Of a DNA stretch of 47,298 nt, positions 18,771 to 26,382 are shown piece by piece. A program made the translations under genes and the position numbers. The notes under the pieces are model-generated. The model was not told where the DNA came from, searched no databases, and saw nothing but the letters and a program-made list of their open reading frames with translations. The stretch comes from an uncultured Atribacterota bacterium (GTDB lineage: Bacteria > Atribacterota > Phoenicimicrobiia > Phoenicimicrobiales > Stramentimicrobiaceae). Where the stretch lies: positions 1 through 47,298 of the forward strand of contig CAYOLB010000294.1 in NCBI GenBank assembly GCA_964404675.1, read 5' to 3'. The stretch's first letter is position 1. Each line of letters opens with the position of its first letter.

Positions 18771-20264
18771 TTGAAAAATACTATTGGATATAGAGCAAAA
18801 AGAAGAAAAGTAAAGCAAAAAAGTTTTTTAGGTCGTTCTTTTTTGATTTCTGTGATTGTAAATTTATTGTTTATATTTGCCTTCAGCAATTTAATTACCT
18901 TTGATATATTTAATTTACCACCGGAGGAAGAGATTATTGAAGTAACTATGATGGAGTTACCTGCCGCTAGAACACCTGTATCACAGAGACCAGAAATAAT
19001 TAGGGAAGAGCCTCTTGCAGAAATGGATGTGAAGCCTAAAGTCGATCCAATGATGCCCGAACCAGCCCAAATCCAGGAGGTAGAGACACATCACCAGGAA
19101 GAGGAACAGGTTGCAATTGCAGAAAGCACCCCAAAGGTCGAGGTAAAAGTTCCAGAGATTGAAATTCCTGCTGAGGAAGATATTGCCCCAATAAAGGAAG
19201 AAATTGCATTGAGACAGGATGTACAGATAGCAGCAAGGGAGATTGACCCATCTTTAACCAGCAGGAGGGAAATTGAAGGTCAAATGTTGGAAGAAGGCAG
19301 TTATGAAATGCAGGCAAATTTAGGCATGGAAGGTCGTGAGCGGATTGAGTCAACATATGGTTCAGTGGTGACTCCCGGAAGAATAAGCAGTTTGCCAGAT
19401 GCAATTGAAAAAGAATCACCTTTTGGCAATAGACCATTAGCGGTTATGATTGACAATGCCAGTTTTGCCCGCCCCCAAAGCGGTTTAGACAAGGCAGATA
19501 TTGTTTACGAGGTACTGGCTGAAGGTGGAATTACCCGATTTTTAGCTATATATGCAACCAAGGAAGCTGACAAAGTAGGTCCGGTAAGAAGTGCCAGACC
19601 TTATTTTATAACCAAAACATTAGAACATAATGCTATTTATGTTCATGCTGGGGAGAGTCCGGATGCGGCAAGGTTTATTCGTGAAGAGAGAATAGACGAT
19701 ATTAATGAATTAGTCCATTATCAGCCATTCTGGAGAAGTCAGGATCGCAATCCACCCCATAATCTTTATGCCTCCACTGAACAGCTTAGAGATGAGACAA
19801 GAAGATTAGGCTATATTGAAATGGTACACAAGGGAGACTACCAGTTTGAAATTGACAGAGAAGAAGTCCTTACAGGTAGAGATGCTCAGAAAATTGACAT
19901 TAGATATCATAATGACTATACGGTTAGCTATCAATATATATCGGATGCGCAAAGATATGTTCGGTTTATTAATGGTCAACCTCACCTGGATGCAGAGACT
20001 GGCAAGGTTCTTGATGTAAAAAATATTATCATTCAGCATAGTGAAAGAAAAGTTTTAGATGAAGAGGGAAGGTTGTCAATTGATTTTATTGGAGAAGGTA
20101 GCGGGCTGATTATATTTAACGGTAAGTCTGAAGAAATTACCTGGGTAAAAGAGAGTCTTCAATCTAAAACGCTTTTTTATAATAAAGAGGGTAATAGATT
20201 AGCCATACAACCAGGAAATGTATGGATACAGGTAATTCATCCTGATACTGAACTTAGCTATTAA
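18771..20264 (+). CDS. TonB/TolA-like membrane anchor and Pro/Glu-rich stalk fused to DUF3048 (YerB-like) domain
   Basis: Basic N-terminus, single TM with S-x3-N, Pro/Glu-rich linker; from ~19430 RPLAVMIDN..ARPQSGL..ADIVYE..AEGGITRF..GPVRSAR. Confidence 0.8.
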   Translation: MKNTIGYRAKRRKVKQKSFLGRSFLISVIVNLLFIFAFSNLITFDIFNLPPEEEIIEVTMMELPAARTPVSQRPEIIREEPLAEMDVKPKVDPMMPEPAQIQEVETHHQEEEQVAIAESTPKVEVKVPEIEIPAEEDIAPIKEEIALRQDVQIAAREIDPSLTSRREIEGQMLEEGSYEMQANLGMEGRERIESTYGSVVTPGRISSLPDAIEKESPFGNRPLAVMIDNASFARPQSGLDKADIVYEVLAEGGITRFLAIYATKEADKVGPVRSARPYFITKTLEHNAIYVHAGESPDAARFIREERIDDINELVHYQPFWRSQDRNPPHNLYASTEQLRDETRRLGYIEMVHKGDYQFEIDREEVLTGRDAQKIDIRYHNDYTVSYQYISDAQRYVRFINGQPHLDAETGKVLDVKNIIIQHSERKVLDEEGRLSIDFIGEGSGLIIFNGKSEEITWVKESLQSKTLFYNKEGNRLAIQPGNVWIQVIHPDTELSY

Positions 20265-20267
20265 AAT

Positions 20268-20300
20268 TGTATTGAGTGTCGAGTATGTAGCCATCGAGTC
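20268..20300. repeat. Degenerate 7-mer repeat (AGTATyn family)
   Basis: TGTATTG AGTGTCG AGTATGT AGCCATCG AGTC. Confidence 0.45.
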
Positions 20301-20438
20301 TAAAAATAGTAAGAATTAAAACACTAATAATATTTTAGAATATAATGGATAGATTGATGATAGTTTTATACTTAATGCTCAAATTTCTGTAGATAATTGC
20401 CATAATCTTTTATTTCTAATTAAATATAAGGTAGATAT

Positions 20439-21335
20439 ATGGATCATCAGAAGGAACTAATAGAGAATTTTTTGGATTACCTATCTCTTGAGAGAGGCCT
20501 GGCTTATAATACAATTATTTCTTACCGCTATGATTTATTAAAATATTATGATTTTATTATTTCAAAAAAACATATTACATTTGAAGACCTGAATCGCGAA
20601 ATAATTAATGATTATTATCATTATTTAGGAAGTATTAATCTTGGGATTAATTCTATATTTAGGAATTTAGTGGCACTAAAAATGTTTTATCGCTTTTTGT
20701 TTACTGAGGAATTTACTAAAAAAGACCTAACAAATTTAATAGACTTTCCCAGGATGAGAAAAAAATTACCAATTGCCCTTAGCCTAAAAGAATTAGATAC
20801 AATATTAGATGAAAGAAATTTTAAAGGGATACTAGGGAAAAGAGACCAGGCGATTATGGAATTACTTTACGCAACTGGAATGAGAGTTACAGAATTAATT
20901 AGCCTTAAAAGAAATGATATTAAGTTGGAACATAGACTCCTTAAATGTACGGGAAAAGGTAATAAAGAAAGATGGGTTCCTTTCACTGATAGGGCACATG
21001 ATAGTTTGTTTTATTATATAAAATATATTCGAACTCGTCTTATAAAGAAAAGAGATACAAATTTATTATTTATAAACAACCATGGTAATCCAATTTCTCG
21101 CCAAGGAGTTTTTTATTTAATAAAAAATTATGCAAAAAAATCAGGAATAAAAAAGAAAGTAACACCACATACATTCAGACATACCCTGGCAACGCATTTG
21201 ATTGAAAATGGGGCAGATTTAAGATCTATTCAGGAATTATTGGGTCATTCTGATATTTCAACTACCCAAGTTTACACTCATGTTAGCAGAAAATGGGTTA
21301 AGGAAGAATACTTTAAAGCATTTCCAAGAATATAA
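20439..21335 (+). CDS. xerD: Site-specific tyrosine recombinase XerD
   Basis: ERGLA.NTI.SY..DL, ELLYATGMRV.EL, GKG.KER, HTFRH, LLGH, TQVY; precedes punA as in Firmicutes. Confidence 0.9.
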   Translation: MDHQKELIENFLDYLSLERGLAYNTIISYRYDLLKYYDFIISKKHITFEDLNREIINDYYHYLGSINLGINSIFRNLVALKMFYRFLFTEEFTKKDLTNLIDFPRMRKKLPIALSLKELDTILDERNFKGILGKRDQAIMELLYATGMRVTELISLKRNDIKLEHRLLKCTGKGNKERWVPFTDRAHDSLFYYIKYIRTRLIKKRDTNLLFINNHGNPISRQGVFYLIKNYAKKSGIKKKVTPHTFRHTLATHLIENGADLRSIQELLGHSDISTTQVYTHVSRKWVKEEYFKAFPRI

Positions 21336-21344
21336 AAAAATAAT

Positions 21345-21375
21345 AGTATAGCGTATTCAGTATACCGTATAACGT
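21345..21375. repeat. 7-mer tandem repeat (MGTAT core)
   Basis: AGTATAG CGTATTC AGTATAC CGTATAA CGT. Confidence 0.6.
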
Positions 21376-21417
21376 GAAGAAAAAGAATATAGAAAGATTA
21401 AAGGGCAAGATGCAATT

Positions 21418-21441
21418 AGTATCGAGTATCTAGTATTGAGT
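21418..21441. repeat. 7-mer tandem repeat (AGTATyn family)
   Basis: AGTATCG AGTATCT AGTATTG AGT. Confidence 0.65.
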
Positions 21442-21498
21442 CCAAAGATAAATAAAAGTTACAAGGAAAACTAAAAACTTTTATGTTGGAGGGAAATA

Positions 21499-22326
21499 AT
21501 GGAAGAAATATTAGCTAAAATTGAAGAAAGTATTAAATCAATACAAGAATATAGTAGGGTAAAACCAGAGATTGCTATTATCCTGGGAACTGGTCTGGGA
21601 GAGCTAGCTAACCAGATTGAGGACAAGGTGAGCATACCTTATAAAAATATTTCTAATTTTCCAATTTCTACGGTTCATGGTCATAGCGGAAACCTTGTAT
21701 TGGGAAAATTAGAGGACAAAAAGGTAGTTGCCATGCAGGGAAGGTTTCATTTCTATGAAGGATATAGCATGAAGGAAATAACCTTTCCCGTCAGAGTGAT
21801 GAGAAAGATGGGGGCAAAAATTATTATAATATCTAATGCCGCTGGTGGCATGAATCGTTTTTTTAAGAGAGGTGATTTAATGTTAATCACTGATCATATT
21901 AATCTTATGGGTGATAATCCTTTAATTGGCGCAAATGAAGATAAATTAGGCTCTCGTTTTCCAGATATGTCTCAGGCATATGATTTAGAATTGTTGAAGT
22001 TAACTGAAAGGGTTTCGTTGGAAGAAGGAATTTTAATACACAAAGGAATTTATGCGGGTTTACCTGGGCCAATGCTGGAGACTCCGGCAGAATATCGTTT
22101 TTTGATAAAAATTGGAGCTGATGCTGTTGGAATGTCTACGATACCAGAAGTTATTGTTGCCAATCACATGGGAATGCGTGTCCTGGGATTATCCTGTATT
22201 ACTGATCTGGCTATCGATGGAGCAGTTGAGAAGGTTCAATTCCAGGAAATTCTTCAGGCTGCAGCGAAATCTGAACCAATTATGAGTCGTGTTGTGAGAA
22301 AGGTAATAAAAAATATTGTTAGTTAA
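21499..22326 (+). CDS. punA: Purine-nucleoside phosphorylase (trimeric type)
   Basis: ILGTGLG, STV.GH.G, MQGRFHFYEG, NAAGG, DHIN, GP.LETPAE, GMST.PE. Confidence 0.9.
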   Translation: MEEILAKIEESIKSIQEYSRVKPEIAIILGTGLGELANQIEDKVSIPYKNISNFPISTVHGHSGNLVLGKLEDKKVVAMQGRFHFYEGYSMKEITFPVRVMRKMGAKIIIISNAAGGMNRFFKRGDLMLITDHINLMGDNPLIGANEDKLGSRFPDMSQAYDLELLKLTERVSLEEGILIHKGIYAGLPGPMLETPAEYRFLIKIGADAVGMSTIPEVIVANHMGMRVLGLSCITDLAIDGAVEKVQFQEILQAAAKSEPIMSRVVRKVIKNIVS

Positions 22327-22780
22327 TCTTATAAAAGTTTCAATATTAGCAACATTACCAGTATTAGAATTAAGAGGAGCTATTCCTATTGCAATAAATT
22401 ATTACAAATTACCAGTTATAACAAGCTATTTGTTTGCAATTGTAGGAAACATGATACCGGCGATTTTTTTGTTGCTTTATTTAAAACCATTCTCAGAGTT
22501 ATTGCGAAAATGGAAAATTTTTGATATATTTTTTTCTTGGTTATTTAAACGAACCAGGAGACACGAACAAAGGTATGAAAAATACGGTGCACTATTTTTA
22601 TTATTTTTCGTTGCAGTGCCTTTACCGATTACCGGAGTATGGACCGGTTCGGTTGCAGCATTTTTGTTTGGTATCCGTTTTTGGTATGCCTTCCCTATGA
22701 TGGCTGGAGGTGTCGTTATTGCGGGAATTATTGTTACATTAGCTAGTTTGGGAATTATAAATTTGCTTACTTATTGTTAG
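22316..22780 (+). CDS. COG2426 putative small multidrug export membrane protein
   Basis: LPVLELRGAIP and FVAVPLP.TG.WTG motifs; about four TMs. Confidence 0.8.
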   Translation: MLVNLIKVSILATLPVLELRGAIPIAINYYKLPVITSYLFAIVGNMIPAIFLLLYLKPFSELLRKWKIFDIFFSWLFKRTRRHEQRYEKYGALFLLFFVAVPLPITGVWTGSVAAFLFGIRFWYAFPMMAGGVVIAGIIVTLASLGIINLLTYC

Positions 22781-22846
22781 CAGAAAAATAAATATAGCCA
22801 AGATATGTTAGCTTGATTAACAATATTAATCAGGGGTAAAACAGTT

Positions 22847-23890
22847 ATGAGAAAAACTATAGAGTGGAAGCAAAACAAGGTATTAATGATAGACCAAAGA
22901 AAATTACCACATAAACTTGAGATAATGAGCTGTAAAAATTATCATGAAGTAGCTAATGCAATAAGGGGTTTGGCTATCAGGGGAGCTCCTGCCATAGGTG
23001 CTGCTGCTGCCTATGGGATGGCATTGGCAGCAATAAATATAGATACGGATAATATGGAAGAATTTTTAAAAGAATTAGAAAAAGCCAGGCAGGAATTGTC
23101 CATGACCAGGCCTACTGCGGTAAATTTATTTTGGGCTTTAAATGAAATCAATAAAATTAGTAAAAGAAAGGCAAATTCAGTAGAAGAGCTAAAAAATAAT
23201 ATTTTATTTGAAGCAGAAAAAATTGCAAAGCAGGATATTGAAATTAACTATCAGATTGGGAATAATGGTGTTGAGTTATTCAATGATAATGACAATATAT
23301 TAACTCATTGTAATGCAGGTTCACTGGCAACCGTTTATTATGGTACCGCCCTGGGTGTTATTAGATCAGTGTATAAAAAGAGAAAGAACATCAGAGTTTT
23401 TGTGGATGAAACCAGGCCGGTTTTACAAGGTGCCAGATTAACAGCATGGGAATTACTGACTGAGAAAATTCCAGCTACTCTTATATGTGATTCTGTAGCT
23501 GGTTTTTTAATGTCTCAAAATAAAATAAATAAAGTAGTTGTTGGTGCCGATAGAATATCGGCAAACGGAGATGTAGCCAATAAAATTGGAACTTATACTA
23601 TTTCAGTCTTAGCTAAAGAGCATAATGTACCTTTTTATGTTGCTGCTCCCTTTTCGACAATTGATTTTTCAATAAAGGAAGGAACTGAAATACCTATTGA
23701 AGAAAGAGACAAAAATGAGGTTACAAATATAATGGGACAGACAATAGCACCTGCTGGTATTGATGTCTTCAATCCTGCATTTGATGTAACTCCATGGAGG
23801 AATATAACTGCCATAATTACTGAGAAGGGCATAATAAGACCTCCTTTTTTATTAAACTTGAAAAGACCAAACATAAATGAAAAATATTAA
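22847..23890 (+). CDS. mtnA: S-methyl-5-thioribose-1-phosphate isomerase
   Basis: IDQR.LP, IRGAPAIG, RPTAVNL, THCNAG.LAT, ETRP.LQGARLT, ANKIGT, NPAFDVTP. Confidence 0.94.
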   Translation: MRKTIEWKQNKVLMIDQRKLPHKLEIMSCKNYHEVANAIRGLAIRGAPAIGAAAAYGMALAAINIDTDNMEEFLKELEKARQELSMTRPTAVNLFWALNEINKISKRKANSVEELKNNILFEAEKIAKQDIEINYQIGNNGVELFNDNDNILTHCNAGSLATVYYGTALGVIRSVYKKRKNIRVFVDETRPVLQGARLTAWELLTEKIPATLICDSVAGFLMSQNKINKVVVGADRISANGDVANKIGTYTISVLAKEHNVPFYVAAPFSTIDFSIKEGTEIPIEERDKNEVTNIMGQTIAPAGIDVFNPAFDVTPWRNITAIITEKGIIRPPFLLNLKRPNINEKY

Positions 23891-23910
23891 CTAAAGTTTG
23901 AGGTAAAAAT

Positions 23911-25170
23911 ATGCAAGATCCAGATAAATTTTTAATTACTGGTGGAAAACCATTGAATGGAACAGTGGTAATAGATGGTGCGAAAAATTCTGCTCTATCT
24001 ATTATGGCAGCCTGTCTTCTATCAAGCGAAGTAAGCATTTTAGAAAATGTACCTAGATTGAAAGATGTATACAGTATGATTGAAGTAATAAAGATACTTG
24101 GAGTAAGAGTAGAGTGGATTGATAATACAACACTTTCTATTGATCCAGATGATTTTAATAATTATGAAGCACCTTACGAATTGGTAAAGACTATGAGAGC
24201 ATCATTCTTGGTAATGGGCCCTTTATTAGCCAGACTGAGAAGGGCTAAAATATCACTCCCCGGGGGATGTGCTATTGGAGCAAGGCCAGTTGATTTTCAT
24301 TTGAAAGGTTTTCGGACATTAGGGGCTAATATAACTACCGAAGAAGGCTATATTAAGGCTGAGGCCAGCCAATTAAAAGGGAGCGATATTTATATTGATT
24401 TTCCCAGCCTTGGTGCAACTGAAAATATTATGATGGCAGCATCATTAGCTGAAGGGACTACTGTTATTGAAAATGCTGCTAAAGACCCAGAGGTTATAGA
24501 GTTGGGGAATTTTCTAAACAAAATGGGAGCACGAATTGAAGGATTGGGTAATGATATTATTACAATTGATGGTGTAAAAAAATTAAAAGGTGTAAGATAC
24601 AAGATTATTCCTGACAGAATAGAAGCTGGGACTTATATGATTGCTGCTGCAATTACAGGAGGGAATGTTACAATAAAAAACGTTAATCCCTATTATTTAA
24701 AGTCATGTATTGTAAAATTGGAAGAAGCAGGTCTAAATGTAGATATTGATAGTGATATAGCATATATTTCTGATCCAGAAGGAATCAAATCGGTTGATAT
24801 CAAAACAATGCCTTTTCCAGGATTTCCTACTGATATGCAAGCCCAATTTATGGCATTAATGACTATAGCTAATGGAACCAGTATTATAACTGAAAATGTA
24901 TTTGAGAATCGTTTTGCTCATGCGGGTGATTTAAGAAGAATGGGAGCAGACATAAAAATAGAAGGCCGTAACAGTATTATAAAAGGAGTAAAAAAACTTA
25001 GTGCTGCGCCGGTTATGGCTTCTGATTTAAGAGGAGGGGCTGCCCTGGCATTAGCTGCATTGGTCGCAGAAGGAACAACGGAAATAAGTAGAATATACCA
25101 CATTGACAGAGGTTATGTTAAACTAGAAGAAAAATTAAAGGCACTAGGTGCCAACATCAAAAGATATTAA
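23911..25170 (+). CDS. murA: UDP-N-acetylglucosamine 1-carboxyvinyltransferase
   Basis: GAKNS, MRAS..V.GPLLAR, LPGGCAIG.RP (active-site Cys), PGFPTDMQ, DLRGG. Confidence 0.96.
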   Translation: MQDPDKFLITGGKPLNGTVVIDGAKNSALSIMAACLLSSEVSILENVPRLKDVYSMIEVIKILGVRVEWIDNTTLSIDPDDFNNYEAPYELVKTMRASFLVMGPLLARLRRAKISLPGGCAIGARPVDFHLKGFRTLGANITTEEGYIKAEASQLKGSDIYIDFPSLGATENIMMAASLAEGTTVIENAAKDPEVIELGNFLNKMGARIEGLGNDIITIDGVKKLKGVRYKIIPDRIEAGTYMIAAAITGGNVTIKNVNPYYLKSCIVKLEEAGLNVDIDSDIAYISDPEGIKSVDIKTMPFPGFPTDMQAQFMALMTIANGTSIITENVFENRFAHAGDLRRMGADIKIEGRNSIIKGVKKLSAAPVMASDLRGGAALALAALVAEGTTEISRIYHIDRGYVKLEEKLKALGANIKRY

Positions 25171-25322
25171 ATAAATTAACAGGAAAATATGACTTATATG
25201 GTACAATATTTAAGTGCAATGTGATATTTATTTAGTATACTGGCAAAATTATAAAAAAAGTATTTAAATAGACAGTAAAGAGTAAACAATGATTAGGGAT
25301 ATTTGAGGAGGTATCTTTCAAT

Positions 25323-26342
25323 ATGCTGGGAATGGACAAAAGTTTAGGAATAGATTTAGGAACTGTAAGTGTATTAATATTTCAAAAAGGGGAAGGAATA
25401 GTGCTGCAAGAACCTTCTGTTGTTTCTATATACAAAGATACCGGAAAAGTTTTTGCAGTCGGGAAAGATGCCAAAGAGATGCTGGGGAAAACCCCCGGAA
25501 ATATTATAGCCTTGGAACCCATGAAAGCTGGTGTTATTGCAGATTATGATGTGACTGAGAAAATGTTAACTTATTTCATTAGAAAAGTGTCTGCCAATTC
25601 AAGATTATTCAGGCCACAGGTAGTAATATGTGTCCCAGCAGGGGGAACAGAGGTAGAAAAAAGAGCAGTTTTGGAAGCAGCAGTGCAGTCAGGGGCCAAG
25701 AAAGCTTATTTAGTTGAAGAATCAATTGCTGCTGCAATTGGAGCAGGGCTAGATATTAGTGAACCATATGGGAATATGGTAGTTGATGTAGGAGGAGGAA
25801 CTACTGATATAGCAGTTATTTCTCTTGGTGGAATAGTTGAAAGTGAATCTTTAAGAATTGCTGGAAATAATTTTGATGAGGATATTATAAAATATATAAA
25901 GAATAAATATAATTTGATGATAGGAGAAAAAACTGCTGAAAATTTGAAAATAGAAATTGGTTCAGCAATGGAACAGGAAGAAGAGATGTATGCAGAGATA
26001 CGAGGGAGAGATCTTGTATCTGGTTTGCCAAAAAGTATTGAAGTTGGATCTTCTGAAGTTTTAGAGGCGATTTCAAAGACTTTAGAATCTATTTTAGATG
26101 GAATAAAAATGGTACTGGAAAGAACACCACCAGAGCTATCTGCTGATATTGCTGACAAAGGAATGGTGCTGACTGGAGGAGGAGCCTTGTTAAGAAATTT
26201 CGATGTACTATTAACAAAGGTTAACAAGATACCAGCCTACGTTGCTGAAAATCCTATATCCTGTGTAGCTTTGGGTGCTGGCAAGGTATTAGAGCAAATA
26301 CACTTGTTGAAACAGGGTTTGATAAGCAGCACACAACGATAA
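25323..26342 (+). CDS. mreB: Rod shape-determining protein MreB/Mbl
   Basis: GIDLGT, EPSVV, GVIADY, DVGGGTTDIAVISLGG, LTGGGALL; follows murA (mbl-like position). Confidence 0.92.
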   Translation: MLGMDKSLGIDLGTVSVLIFQKGEGIVLQEPSVVSIYKDTGKVFAVGKDAKEMLGKTPGNIIALEPMKAGVIADYDVTEKMLTYFIRKVSANSRLFRPQVVICVPAGGTEVEKRAVLEAAVQSGAKKAYLVEESIAAAIGAGLDISEPYGNMVVDVGGGTTDIAVISLGGIVESESLRIAGNNFDEDIIKYIKNKYNLMIGEKTAENLKIEIGSAMEQEEEMYAEIRGRDLVSGLPKSIEVGSSEVLEAISKTLESILDGIKMVLERTPPELSADIADKGMVLTGGGALLRNFDVLLTKVNKIPAYVAENPISCVALGAGKVLEQIHLLKQGLISSTQR

Positions 26343-26382
26343 TATTTACTCTGGGAGGTTTTTAGATATTCTTAGGATAATT

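Noticed and set aside
20439-21335. Phage or island integrase
   Set aside because: Length and motifs fit housekeeping XerD, it has the usual punA neighbour, and no att sites or phage genes are nearby
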